From the NCBI GenBank assembly GCA_038206135.1, contig JBBRBD010000002.1:2896-66895 (forward strand): a stretch of DNA of 64,000 nt, written 5' to 3'. The notes under the pieces were generated by a model. It saw nothing but the letters and a program-made list of their open reading frames with translations. It was not told the DNA's origin and did not search any database. This stretch comes from Patescibacteria group bacterium. Its GTDB lineage: Bacteria; Patescibacteriota; Microgenomatia; UBA8517. The stretch's first letter is position 1; the number at the start of each line of letters is the position of its first letter. Positions 1 to 9,989 of this stretch are shown piece by piece. A program made the position numbers and the translations under genes.

Positions 1-1633
1 CAGAAGATTTTTGTGAGGCAGGATCTGAAGCAACGTTAGCCGTAACTGTTAAATTGTCCATAACAAGAGAGTCTTGAAAAGCCACAGAATAATTTTGAGT
101 ATATTTGAATGTGAATGGAGCTGCGGTAGTAATACTACCATCTGTCGGAGCTGTTGGTATAGCAGGAGCGACTGGTGGACAGGTGCCACCACCATCTTTC
201 AAAACTTGGCAGTCATATTTAAACGTCACATTTGTTAGCGTTTCTTTCTTTGCAGTAATGGTGATTGTATATTCAACAGAAAATGGCAAGTCACTGTTTT
301 TAAATGGTCCAGGAGGATTTGCCGTTTTTGTAACCTTAATATATGGATTATCTTGTGCAGAAGCTCCTGTTGAACCTGGTTGAGTACCTGTCGTTGTTAA
401 TGCAGATCCTGGTGGAACTACATAACCGCTTGCATTAATAATAAACATAATAAACGCAATAATAGGAACTAGTATTATTGAAATTGCGGCTGTCGCAGTA
501 GCTCCAACTACTAATCCTGGACCGATTGCAGATCCTACTATAACTGCTAATCCGCCAAGGGCAGCTCCCGCAGTTTTAAGTGTATCTTTAGTTTTTTTGA
601 AACTTCCCAATATAGCTTTTTGAATAAGCGGTCCGACAACTCTACTTATTAATTCCTCGGCAAGCATTCCAACTCCAGGTGCAACTGTATTCAATCCAAC
701 AGCCAGTGCTGCTTTAACAGCCCATTTACTAGCTTGTTTTGCCGCTAACTTTGTAATTGCACCACCAGCTTTTGAAGCTAGGTATCCACTCGGGTCTCTG
801 AAAAACTGCGCACCGTTGGTTCCTCTCATAAGAACTCCGAGAGCTGGCACTTTTTCACTTAGTTCACCGAGTTTCCCAGTGAGTTTAGATTGTACCTCGG
901 CACCAATAGTGCTTCCTTTCGCGAGAGATGCCGCAGAGATGAGTGTACTCTCTAGGCTATATAATTCTCCCTGACTGTTACTTGTTCGAGTTGCCCAACT
1001 ATTATCTTGTAACTGATTCTCAAAATAAGTTATAGTGGCTTCTCTTCGTGCATCTCGAAGTTCTTTCTCTGATGGCCCTAAAGCTGCAATTTTTGCAGCA
1101 TCCATGTTGTACTGCATTTCCAAAGCCTTTTTGTCTTTGATTTTTTTTTCAAGTTCGATACGTCTTTCAGCTTGCTTTTGTGCGATTGTTTTTTCCTTTA
1201 TTTCCTCAGTTGAGAGTTCGTCTATTGTCCCTGTTGAAAACCAGGCTGCTTCCAAGATATCGTCTTCATTTTTTCCATCAAGTAGTCCGTACTTATCTTT
1301 GTTTTTAAGTAATTCGATTGTTGAAGTCGCAACAGCACCTTGTGTATGGGCAGTATTCTTTTGTGTTGATGAACTGGCTCTTCGAGCAGACATTTTCTCA
1401 AGTCCTTGCATTGCAATTGAATATCGGTAGCTACTGCCTGGGTTTCTTAGTTCTTGAATATCTCCAGCACTGAATACTTGTTGCGCATGATTGTAAATAT
1501 CGTCATACGCCTTTTCTATATATTCCTTTGTGCCACCAGTCTGATTTTCTGGATGAAGTCGAGCTTCTGTTCCTGCTGCTGCAACAGCTTCTCTGAGATG
1601 TCGACCTAAAACTGATTCCTGTGAATCTGCCAT
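1..1633 (-). CDS. Large membrane-anchored hypothetical protein downstream of virB4 (3' end outside window)
   Basis: ATG at 1633 just after the virB4 stop; frame reads MADSQESVLGRHLREAVAAAG... through a charged region and a hydrophobic stretch; no stop seen where I translated it, which would explain its absence from the ORF track. Confidence 0.75.
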   Translation of the reverse strand, partial: MADSQESVLGRHLREAVAAAGTEARLHPENQTGGTKEYIEKAYDDIYNHAQQVFSAGDIQELRNPGSSYRYSIAMQGLEKMSARRASSSTQKNTAHTQGAVATSTIELLKNKDKYGLLDGKNEDDILEAAWFSTGTIDELSTEEIKEKTIAQKQAERRIELEKKIKDKKALEMQYNMDAAKIAALGPSEKELRDARREATITYFENQLQDNSWATRTSNSQGELYSLESTLISAASLAKGSTIGAEVQSKLTGKLGELSEKVPALGVLMRGTNGAQFFRDPSGYLASKAGGAITKLAAKQASKWAVKAALAVGLNTVAPGVGMLAEELISRVVGPLIQKAILGSFKKTKDTLKTAGAALGGLAVIVGSAIGPGLVVGATATAAISIILVPIIAFIMFIINASGYVVPPGSALTTTGTQPGSTGASAQDNPYIKVTKTANPPGPFKNSDLPFSVEYTITITAKKETLTNVTFKYDCQVLKDGGGTCPPVAPAIPTAPTDGSITTAAPFTFKYTQNYSVAFQDSLVMDNLTVTANVASDPASQKSS

Positions 1634-1636
1634 ATG

Positions 1637-3589
1637 TTATTTCATTTGCCCCGCAATAGCTGCAACTGCCGCAGGTGCTGTTGACTGATCAGCTGTAAGA
1701 ATTGTTTTGTTTTTGGTATCCATCAAGTCTTGTGGTTTTGTGGTTACAAATTCATATTCTTCAGGCGAGGCAACAACTCTAATTGGTGCGTGATGAGGGC
1801 CTGCAAACAATATTCCTTCTCCCACTCCTGCTGCAAGAAGGAGCTGCTTTTCCCCTTGAGACAAATAAAATGTTTCCGTAATGCGATCGATTGCGGCAGG
1901 GGATTGCTTAAGTAAAAGCCGCATTGCGGAGTTTGTCACAACAGCTTTTCCAATATCTTGTGAAAGGAAGTCTTCTACGTCTTGAGTTATTGTCGTTAAA
2001 CCTAAATAATATTTACGTGCGCGTTTTACAATCGACCACAAGAATGCTGCAGTATCTTCATACCTCATCATGTGCCACGCCTCATCAACAACGAGAAGTC
2101 TTTTTTTAATATCACGGCGTACTTTTGTCCAAATAAAATCAAGAATAATAAACATAGCAATAGGGCGCAATGTATCTTGAATGTCTCGCACTGAAAAAGT
2201 TGTAAACGGGTTTTCTATATTGATGTTTGTCTGTTGATCAAAAATTCCAACATAGCTACCTTTTACATATTTCTCAATTCTTGAAGCCAAATCAATTGCT
2301 TCTGTTGTTTCCATACCGATTAATGCTTTATATAAGTCTTCTATTAACGGTGGCTCTTTATCTTGAGTTTCAGGGTCCATCGTAATTCCTTTTGCTTTGT
2401 ATGCATTAATAAGTGCACGATCGAGGAGTGCTTCCTGGCTCGCATTTAATTCTCCCATTATGACTTTAAAAAGTGAGTGAAGGGTTAGAATTTTTAATCC
2501 AAGTTGGTTTTCACCTTTTTCGTAAATTTGAGACAAATCAAACGGGTTGATTTTCGATGGAGAGCTAAAACTAAATGCAATATATTCACCACCAACTGCT
2601 TCTGTTATTGCTCGATATTCGTTTTCAGGGTCGATAACAATAATTTCTGCACCCATCATAAGAGAGCGGAGAGATTCCAGTTTTACAAAGAAAGATTTCC
2701 CTGCACCGGAAGTTGCAAAAACGGTGAGGTTTGAATTCTCCAAGCTAAAGCGGTCAAAAATAATAAAGGAATCATTTTGTGCATTAATTCCGTACAAAAT
2801 TCCAGTGTCGCTCGAAAGTTCGGCAGTGGTAAATGGAAAAGTAGTCGCAAGAGATGTTGTATCCATGTTTCTTGTTATGGTCAGCACATCTCTCCCAAAT
2901 GGGGCTGATGATAGAAATCCTTTTTGATGATCGAGTGTTGCATGTTTTGAAACAATAAGTACCGAGCCCAATGTTGATTCAACACGCTTCGTAATGCTAT
3001 TTAGCTCTTCTTCGTTTGCAGCTGGAATTGTTATGTAAAAACTGTACTGATAAAAACGCTCAATTCCTTTTATGAGCTGCTCTTGTAAAACCTTTGCATC
3101 CTCAAGTTTTGCTTCTGTTCCAGGATTTACAATTTTTCCACGCTGGATATCAGTCGACATTTCGGCTTCCATTTCAGTAATTTTGCGACGCAATTCATCA
3201 AGAACAGTGCGTCCTTCGACCGGGTATATATAAAACGATATATCGAGACTATGGTCAAAATTAATAACTGGCTCTAGCCAACCAGGCACTACAAACCGTG
3301 GATAACCAGCCACAAACAGAGTTCTAAAATAAACTTGTCCAATTCGAATGCTATCAAAATTTACTTCAATGTCCTGTGGAGCTACAACGTCAGCAATAGT
3401 TAGTGTTTTGTCTTTTTTTAATGCCTCTACCGGGTCACCAAATTTCGGTCGATCGACCTGTTGTTCCATCGTTTTTGTTTGTATGTCAGAAGTATCGACA
3501 ATCGCAGGAGTACTTACTGGATTAACAGTCTGTTTAATTTGATCTGAGGCTACTGGTGTTGGCGCTTGGTTTGGTTGTGTTGGATTCAT
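1637..3589 (-). CDS. virB4: VirB4/TraE/ConE-like type IV secretion ATPase
   Basis: Walker A ATSGAGKS, IIVIDPENEY, Walker B LLVVDEAW, KRARKY and TQDVEDF motifs. Confidence 0.9.
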   Translation of the reverse strand: MNPTQPNQAPTPVASDQIKQTVNPVSTPAIVDTSDIQTKTMEQQVDRPKFGDPVEALKKDKTLTIADVVAPQDIEVNFDSIRIGQVYFRTLFVAGYPRFVVPGWLEPVINFDHSLDISFYIYPVEGRTVLDELRRKITEMEAEMSTDIQRGKIVNPGTEAKLEDAKVLQEQLIKGIERFYQYSFYITIPAANEEELNSITKRVESTLGSVLIVSKHATLDHQKGFLSSAPFGRDVLTITRNMDTTSLATTFPFTTAELSSDTGILYGINAQNDSFIIFDRFSLENSNLTVFATSGAGKSFFVKLESLRSLMMGAEIIVIDPENEYRAITEAVGGEYIAFSFSSPSKINPFDLSQIYEKGENQLGLKILTLHSLFKVIMGELNASQEALLDRALINAYKAKGITMDPETQDKEPPLIEDLYKALIGMETTEAIDLASRIEKYVKGSYVGIFDQQTNINIENPFTTFSVRDIQDTLRPIAMFIILDFIWTKVRRDIKKRLLVVDEAWHMMRYEDTAAFLWSIVKRARKYYLGLTTITQDVEDFLSQDIGKAVVTNSAMRLLLKQSPAAIDRITETFYLSQGEKQLLLAAGVGEGILFAGPHHAPIRVVASPEEYEFVTTKPQDLMDTKNKTILTADQSTAPAAVAAIAGQMK

Positions 3590-3590
3590 A

Positions 3591-4283
3591 TTATTCTTCT
3601 TTTGTTTCTGGTAATTCTTTTACAGAGTCTACGCTTGGGTTATAAATATCGTAGAACAAGTGTATCAATTCTTCGCGATTTAATTGTGTGGCTCTTAAAC
3701 CAAGGCGTGCACATTGCTTAATTAAATGGTCACGTTTTGGATACAAAACTGTTTTTACTTTTTTCAAAATGTAATCTTCGGTATAGGGTAGTGGTCCACC
3801 CTTTTTCATACCTGGAATAAGACCTTTGCTAAAGCCGAGTTCAAGCGGAGAGAAGGGAATAATCAAAAAGAACCGTTTTCCTAAAACATTTCGTTTTCGA
3901 ATAGTCTCGGAAATAAATGTTTTGTAATTTAACATGAGTTCTTTTAACTTGGGATTCTTCATCGCATTTATTTTCTCGTCCAAATACGATAAATAACTCC
4001 CAATATCTTTTCGTTGAGTGCGTACACTAATTTCAGTGGCAAACGATAAACTGTTAATCATCGCAGCGAATGCCGCAATTACTGCTTCTTGTTCACGTTC
4101 TGACAATAGTCCAAAGTTAAGCGACGAAGTTTCCAATACAATTGCAGCCCCTCCATCTTTGTACATGACGATGTCATCTAAAACATCTGCTATAGGAACA
4201 GCTTCTTGTGTTGCTTTTACAATAGGAGTATCAGGTGTGTTTAAAAGAGGTACTTTTGCAAACAGAGTATCAATTATTGCCAT
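3591..4283 (-). CDS. VirB4-associated protein (TraC/VirB4 N-terminal-like)
   Basis: SSLNFGLLSEREQEAVIAAFAAMINSL motif; lies between prgI and virB4. Confidence 0.7.
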   Translation of the reverse strand: MAIIDTLFAKVPLLNTPDTPIVKATQEAVPIADVLDDIVMYKDGGAAIVLETSSLNFGLLSEREQEAVIAAFAAMINSLSFATEISVRTQRKDIGSYLSYLDEKINAMKNPKLKELMLNYKTFISETIRKRNVLGKRFFLIIPFSPLELGFSKGLIPGMKKGGPLPYTEDYILKKVKTVLYPKRDHLIKQCARLGLRATQLNREELIHLFYDIYNPSVDSVKELPETKEE

Positions 4284-4285
4284 AT

Positions 4286-5383
4286 TTATGCATTAGCCTT
4301 AACTGCCATTGGTGAAATTATCGCCCCGTGTATTTCAAAAGAAAGGGGTGAAAAAGTGAGACCTTCTTTTTCCACATTCATTTGATATGATCCATTTGGA
4401 AGGGGAGTTACTATCATGAAATGGCCCGCTTTGTTTGTTTTGAGAGCTCGAACAGGGCGACCTTGAAAGTCTTTAATTTCCAAAATAGCTCCTTCTACAA
4501 TTTTATTTTGAGCTGTCATTACCTGTCCCACAATTACATTTGGAATTGTAGCAGGTGAAGGGGGAGCTGCATCTGGTGAAAATTGTACGGCAACTGCAGA
4601 TTCTTCAGTTTGAGGATGAAGCGTCTGTTCTATTGGTGCAAGTGTTCCGGTTGCAGACCCTGACTGTTTTACCTCTGTTTGAGCAAATCCTGAGTGTTGT
4701 TGCATTGTAATTGCTGGAGTTGCAGGTGTAGCAACAAAAAGAGTCCCTGCTATTGGTGTAGGAGGTGTATATGCAACAACTGCTGCTGGCTTTGAAGCGT
4801 TTTGAAGTATTTCAGACTGAATAGTAGTAGACACATTCAGTGGTAATGATGTTTCTGGAACTAAAACATTGTTCCCTGGGATTTGGACAACAGGAACTGC
4901 TGTATTTGGTTGTGTAACTGAGGTTGTAGTTTTTTGATGCAAACTAAACATATCAGATATGTTTGCGAGAAAATTATTTTCTTTCGTTTCCATTTTTGTA
5001 ACTGATGCATCTGTTATTTTTGTTTGTCCTGGAATGGTGCTGGGAATCGCGGTTGTTGGAGCGATATTTGCACTCGCAAAATATGAGACATTACTGTCTT
5101 TTTTCCATCGATATTGTGTCGGGCCATAGACTGCTCTGAAAAACGCAGAAATCCATTCCTCTAGTGGACGTTCTTGAAGTGGTAAAAATGCAAAAGCAGC
5201 TCCTGCTACTACAAACAATACAATGAGTGGCCACTTAAAAATCGAAGGAAGGGGAGTGGCATACATAATAAGACCTAATACGGCACCCGCCGCAAGTTGA
5301 AAAAATTGCTTTAAAGTCATGTCACCTACCAATCGAAACTGGTATGAGCTTATTTGTTGAGGAACCGGATGTTGTTCAAACAT
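4286..5383 (-). CDS. PrgI-family protein with Pro/Thr-rich linker and C-terminal beta-sandwich (CarboxypepD_reg-like) domain
   Basis: HPVPQQISSYQFRLVGDMTLKQF N-terminus, two TM helices, RPLEEW motif. Confidence 0.8.
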   Translation of the reverse strand: MFEQHPVPQQISSYQFRLVGDMTLKQFFQLAAGAVLGLIMYATPLPSIFKWPLIVLFVVAGAAFAFLPLQERPLEEWISAFFRAVYGPTQYRWKKDSNVSYFASANIAPTTAIPSTIPGQTKITDASVTKMETKENNFLANISDMFSLHQKTTTSVTQPNTAVPVVQIPGNNVLVPETSLPLNVSTTIQSEILQNASKPAAVVAYTPPTPIAGTLFVATPATPAITMQQHSGFAQTEVKQSGSATGTLAPIEQTLHPQTEESAVAVQFSPDAAPPSPATIPNVIVGQVMTAQNKIVEGAILEIKDFQGRPVRALKTNKAGHFMIVTPLPNGSYQMNVEKEGLTFSPLSFEIHGAIISPMAVKANA

Positions 5384-5641
5384 TTTTAAAAATCTAATAG
5401 TCTACCACCTTCATCATCTCTTGTGTGAAGCCAATATTCAAGGAGCATACCTTTTCACGGTATAATATTAAATTGAAACATTTTGTCGCTTATAATTAAG
5501 AGTTACAAAAACTTGAAAAAGGTTTGTGGAAAGTATCTAAAGATTTCCTAAACTGCAGGAATCTTATTGAGGTTTAATATAATGAGAAAATAGTACTTGT
5601 TCTACGACACAAATACAAGATTTTTTCTTTATAAAATAAAT

Positions 5642-5664
5642 CACCTCGGCAAGATGCCGAGGTG
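5642..5664. terminator. Hairpin terminator after the J-domain-like gene
   Basis: CACCTCGGC-AAGAT-GCCGAGGTG perfect 9-bp stem. Confidence 0.65.
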
Positions 5665-5680
5665 TTCTTGTAATTACCCT

Positions 5681-6625
5681 TTATGAGCAATTATATTCAG
5701 TTGTTTGTCCACTTTGGACGGTATGGATGGATTCCAATTTGACAACCTTTGTCGAGCTAAAGTCTTTCGACATTCCAGGGTCAATTCTCACACTTCTACC
5801 ATCAACATTCCACCAAACAATTACATTAAAGTCGGCGTTGCTTACCCAATTTTCTACATTGTCGAGCCAAACTTTGTTTTCCGACTTGTGCATGATTCCC
5901 ATCACTGTTGTACACAAATCCGTCTCGTTCACACTCTTACTTGTGGGTATCACTGTCAACGATATCTCAGGCGCATCATTAGTGACATCAAGTGCCTTTT
6001 GAATCGTGAGTACGTTTCCTGCGCTACTGTTGATGCTATTGATTATGTCTTGAGGTCCTTTAATTACAGGTGCAAATACCGCTTGTAATACAAGAATGAT
6101 TGCAACAACAATGGCGATGATAATCCCTGCAATTGCGGTAGTTCGCTTTTTGTTCTGTCCGTTTCTAAGGAAATACACCAACCAGACTATTGCAATTGGG
6201 ATGAAAGCAAACAGAAGTGTAGTACCAAGTGATCCGCCGAATCCAAATAGGATAGAGGCAATACAGTATATTGGCCCAAGTACTAAAAGAATTAGGCATG
6301 TAACCCATTTCTTCGCAAACTCTAAAATTCTGCCATTTGACGGGGTTTGTGTTTCTTCTGTTGCCGATACTTGAACTTCATCAGTTTGATCATTTGTCAC
6401 AATCTGTTCTGCTTCATCAAAAATTGAATTATCTTCACTGTCAGATGGAGCAGTCCATTCGTTATATGCTTTTCTCATCGTGTCAGAGGAAAGCACTCTG
6501 TACGCTTCTTGTACCTCATCATTTTTATCTGTCGCGGCGTTGTAAAGCGCCTCAATTTGAATTTTCGTGGCATTTCTATCTGCCCCTAGAACCTGATAAT
6601 AATCTTTGCTTGGATCAAAGTTCAC
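5681..6625 (-). CDS. Membrane protein with degenerate DnaJ-like N-terminal domain (no HPD motif)
   Basis: DYYQVLG...AT..QI...Y and EAYRVLS...RKAYN; three TM helices; GAGGAG SD before GTG start. Confidence 0.7.
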   Translation of the reverse strand: MNFDPSKDYYQVLGADRNATKIQIEALYNAATDKNDEVQEAYRVLSSDTMRKAYNEWTAPSDSEDNSIFDEAEQIVTNDQTDEVQVSATEETQTPSNGRILEFAKKWVTCLILLVLGPIYCIASILFGFGGSLGTTLLFAFIPIAIVWLVYFLRNGQNKKRTTAIAGIIIAIVVAIILVLQAVFAPVIKGPQDIINSINSSAGNVLTIQKALDVTNDAPEISLTVIPTSKSVNETDLCTTVMGIMHKSENKVWLDNVENWVSNADFNVIVWWNVDGRSVRIDPGMSKDFSSTKVVKLESIHTVQSGQTTEYNCS

Positions 6626-6720
6626 GCTCAGTCTCCTCTTCGAGATATATAATGTACTTGAGAATTATAACACTATAAGTCTATTTCTGCAATTCCTGAC
6701 ACTAATTAAACAGGCACAAA

Positions 6721-6754
6721 AAAAGTCGATTCTTTTGGATATGAATCGACTTTT
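6721..6754. terminator. Intrinsic terminator (A/T tracts on both sides)
   Basis: AAAAGTCGATTC...GAATCGACTTTT inverted repeat. Confidence 0.7.
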
Positions 6755-6757
6755 GTT

Positions 6758-7312
6758 TTAGTAGGAACAAATTGGTCTACTTAAGAGACTTGTTGAAATC
6801 CACTCATTTTGTCCAATTGATGCCCAGTCACCCGTTGTGTCAGTACCGAAATAGATGAGATTCGTCTGGTTTTGAACGTTACCTACAACGTCGGAATTGG
6901 ATGCAGGTCCGTTTCTAATCCGAGCAGTTTTATTATCAGATACAGTGACCACGACAGTGCAAACTTTTGGTGGAGAAGGTGTATCTGTTTCAAAAACAGG
7001 GATTGGTGTCAGTGTAATTGTCGCTGGAATTTCAGTTTTCGGAATATTGGTCGGTGAAATTGGATTTTTTGTAATTGTTGCCGTTGGAGTAATTATTTGA
7101 TGGATAGTTACCTCGTTTGACCTTAAAAATGCATATGTTGTACCAATTACAAGACCAATTGTTAGTAAAAAGCTGCCTACGATCAAAATTGTTGATCCAA
7201 TACAACCTAGTTGTCGACTTTCTACTTCCTTTTGAATGACATGGTGCCCTGTCTCATCCACATTCTCAAATATGTCATTTTCAGATATTTCAATTAAGCT
7301 TTCCTTTTCCAT
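6758..7312 (-). CDS. Membrane protein with Pro/Thr linker and C-terminal bacterial SH3 domain
   Basis: One TM helix, ARIRNGPAS, GDWASI...EWISTSLL. Confidence 0.75.
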   Translation of the reverse strand: MEKESLIEISENDIFENVDETGHHVIQKEVESRQLGCIGSTILIVGSFLLTIGLVIGTTYAFLRSNEVTIHQIITPTATITKNPISPTNIPKTEIPATITLTPIPVFETDTPSPPKVCTVVVTVSDNKTARIRNGPASNSDVVGNVQNQTNLIYFGTDTTGDWASIGQNEWISTSLLSRPICSY

Positions 7313-7541
7313 TCAAAATTCTCCCCAGAAATAGGAAACAGCCAATTCTACCATAGTCCGATAGTCGGTTAGTGAAAAATCATAAATATTGTAGATAACG
7401 CTGCATTGATTGAACTCAATATCAATTTGTGATACTATTGTCGGAGTTTACTTTCTAATCGACTGATGGGCACATTAACAATCCAATAATAATTACTATA
7501 CGGATTCTTATCGTGTCTTTCTAAAGTGAAAGAAGTCTTCA

Positions 7542-8372
7542 ATGAAATATCTACTGTTATGGTTTGTAAGCGGATTTCTTATTTACATCATAGTACCTCC
7601 GCTTATTGCGGCGGTACCACAATTTCAACAGGAGTTATTCTCTGTTTTTTCTGGTGTAATTCCTTTGTATACAGATCAAATGAAGGTGTTCTCAGTCGTC
7701 TTGTCTGGCCTTTTTGTTGTATTTCTATCAATGCTTGATAGTTTTTTGAGACCCCGTCCAGTTCTTCAGCCACAACAAAATGCCCGTCCCGCAGCTTTCG
7801 TTCCTGTGAATTCTCAAGTTTTAACATCACAAGGAGACCCAGCAGCGTCTAATCCAAGAACAATCACAAGACGTGTACCTCGAACAAATAGCATGGGAAC
7901 TCCGCATCTAGAGCTTAGATCATTCAAGTTAATAGCACACAATGGTATTAATTTTAGACTATCAAAAGGGGATGATCTTACTTCGAAAGAAAAGTTTCGA
8001 CCAGTTATTGAAATTCGGGTAAATAATCCTGAACTTGTTGGGAAAGTATTGCCACTGCAATTTGATTTGATAAATCCAGACGGCAAGATGATTAACAGTT
8101 TAAGATTAATGCCGATATTAAAGCGAGGCCGGAATATAATTGTTCCTGATGACTCAGAATTTGAGGTTTCTAGCAAAGAAGCTGGTGTGTGGGCAATGAA
8201 ACTACTGTATGGTCAGCACTTGTGGGGAAGGCTCATTTTTACAATGTTAGGGCAAAGCATCTCTAACTTATCGAGCCATATTGGGGCAGATATGGAGATG
8301 GATGGTGAAGCTTTACTTGCGGCAAATGAAGTTACTCGAAATTTCACGTTAGAAGATCTGTTAAGACTTTAA
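7542..8372 (+). CDS. Two-TM hypothetical protein, first gene of the ubiquitin-like operon
   Basis: Two hydrophobic N-terminal segments then a beta-rich domain; 17 nt from the E2 gene. Confidence 0.7.
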   Translation: MKYLLLWFVSGFLIYIIVPPLIAAVPQFQQELFSVFSGVIPLYTDQMKVFSVVLSGLFVVFLSMLDSFLRPRPVLQPQQNARPAAFVPVNSQVLTSQGDPAASNPRTITRRVPRTNSMGTPHLELRSFKLIAHNGINFRLSKGDDLTSKEKFRPVIEIRVNNPELVGKVLPLQFDLINPDGKMINSLRLMPILKRGRNIIVPDDSEFEVSSKEAGVWAMKLLYGQHLWGRLIFTMLGQSISNLSSHIGADMEMDGEALLAANEVTRNFTLEDLLRL

Positions 8373-8389
8373 AACAAGGAGAAGATTCA

Positions 8390-8899
8390 ATGTCAAATTG
8401 GTGGATTGATACGGGAAATAGACCTTCCACACGACTTGCGGTGGAGGTTATTGCGATGAAAAAGGCGTTTGTCGAAAAGGAATTAACTGATTTTAAATAC
8501 GGTGCTAGTTGGGACAGGCCTTTTCAAATAAAAACGCTGCGAAAAAAACTTCATATAGAAGGTTCCGCAGCTCCGTATTGGCAACTTGAGTTTGTTATGC
8601 AGCCTATGCCTGGAGTTGCCCCGCTGTTAAATTCATCTGACGTTTTTAAACTTCAGATTCTGTACACTTCTGACTTTCCTGGTAAAGAACCGCAGGCAAA
8701 TTATCTTTCACCAGATGTCAGCGGTTCACTTCATCTATTTGTTAGTGGAAATAAACTGTGTTTGCACAATCACAGCTCAGCAAATAGTGGGTGGGATCCA
8801 GCTCGTTCAACAGCAGCAACTATAGCTGTCTGGTCCATCCAATGGGCCCGAGCATGGCTAAGCTGGAAACTAACTGGTTCTTGGCCAGAAGTACAATAA
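8390..8899 (+). CDS. Prokaryotic E2 (UBC-fold) conjugating enzyme
   Basis: FKLQILYTSDFPGKEP...HLFVSGNKLCL...GWDP matches the UBC pattern with a catalytic Cys; AGGAG SD. Confidence 0.8.
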   Translation: MSNWWIDTGNRPSTRLAVEVIAMKKAFVEKELTDFKYGASWDRPFQIKTLRKKLHIEGSAAPYWQLEFVMQPMPGVAPLLNSSDVFKLQILYTSDFPGKEPQANYLSPDVSGSLHLFVSGNKLCLHNHSSANSGWDPARSTAATIAVWSIQWARAWLSWKLTGSWPEVQ

Positions 8900-8906
8900 A
8901 AAGGAC

Positions 8907-9989
8907 GTGAAAAGAATGAATCAAAAAAGAGATTCAGATCGTACGCCGGGGCTATTAGTTCCCCGGCATATCTTTACCAAAATTGCAGCAGAAGCTGCTT
9001 TACATCCTAAGACAGAAACTGGAGCATCTTTTGTAGGCATTGAAACTCATGATCTTATGGTTATCTTAGGGGTTATTCCTGATGAGGTAAACATCGAACG
9101 TTCTCCTGGATTATTTGTGAATGGGGGTGAGTATCAAGTTGAGCTTTTTCGCTGGTACAAAAAACACTGGGATATGATGAGAAAGGAATCTCGGTTGCTA
9201 GAGAACCAGATAAGCTGGTCTGCAACCGTGAAATTACCCTCGAATTATGTCCCACCAGAACTTGATTTCGATTTGAAATATCTAGGTGATTGGCATAAGC
9301 ATCCAGGATCAATGACGTATTTGAGTTCTCGTGACATACGCACAATTGGGAGTATTTTGTCGGATGTTGAGCAAAACCGTCATCAACTGCTGTCTCCAAT
9401 TGTAACAAAGCTTTCAGTACAGAATGACAGTCCTTTGCAGTCACATGAAGTGTCATTCGATAAGTTTCGTATGACTTGGTATTACTCAGCACGTAACATG
9501 ACAAAACCAGTAGGAATTAAATCATTTCCTATTAGTAACTCAAATCTACCTAGTTTGCCTCCAGTTCCGTGGCATCTCAAAGATCTGAGGAGATTTGATG
9601 ACGAGATCATGTACCTTGGGCTAAAAGGCTACCGTGTATTATCACGAATTCGTGATGTGGACAATGATTCTATTTGCGAGGTTGTTTTTTCGATAGAATC
9701 ACCGTGGCAGCCTAAGAAATATTTGGTAGTCACGAAATGGGATTACCCTGAAAGTGCGCCTCAAATCTACCAATATTCGACGATAGCTGAAGGTGATGAA
9801 GGGACACATATTGATGTCCAATCTTCAACAAAGAATGATTATATTGTAGATCTAATATCTACAGAGGAAGGATATCTTTATGAACCAACGCAACAACCAC
9901 TGGACGAGAATAGAAGACCTAGTTGGCTCGGGTTTCTCAAGATTGCGCCAAGTAAAATTAGGCGTTATTGGCCTCGGTTCACTCGGTAG
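8907..9989 (+). CDS. JAB/MPN+ metallo-isopeptidase with C-terminal E2/RWD-like domain
   Basis: ETG...YLGDWHKHPG...LSSRD JAMM motif; C-terminal WDYPESAP (YPxxxP). Confidence 0.8.
   Translation: MKRMNQKRDSDRTPGLLVPRHIFTKIAAEAALHPKTETGASFVGIETHDLMVILGVIPDEVNIERSPGLFVNGGEYQVELFRWYKKHWDMMRKESRLLENQISWSATVKLPSNYVPPELDFDLKYLGDWHKHPGSMTYLSSRDIRTIGSILSDVEQNRHQLLSPIVTKLSVQNDSPLQSHEVSFDKFRMTWYYSARNMTKPVGIKSFPISNSNLPSLPPVPWHLKDLRRFDDEIMYLGLKGYRVLSRIRDVDNDSICEVVFSIESPWQPKKYLVVTKWDYPESAPQIYQYSTIAEGDEGTHIDVQSSTKNDYIVDLISTEEGYLYEPTQQPLDENRRPSWLGFLKIAPSKIRRYWPRFTR

Noticed and set aside
105-1430. Plus-strand ORFs 105-383 and 1035-1430
   Set aside because: Antisense shadows of the long minus-strand gene starting at 1633.
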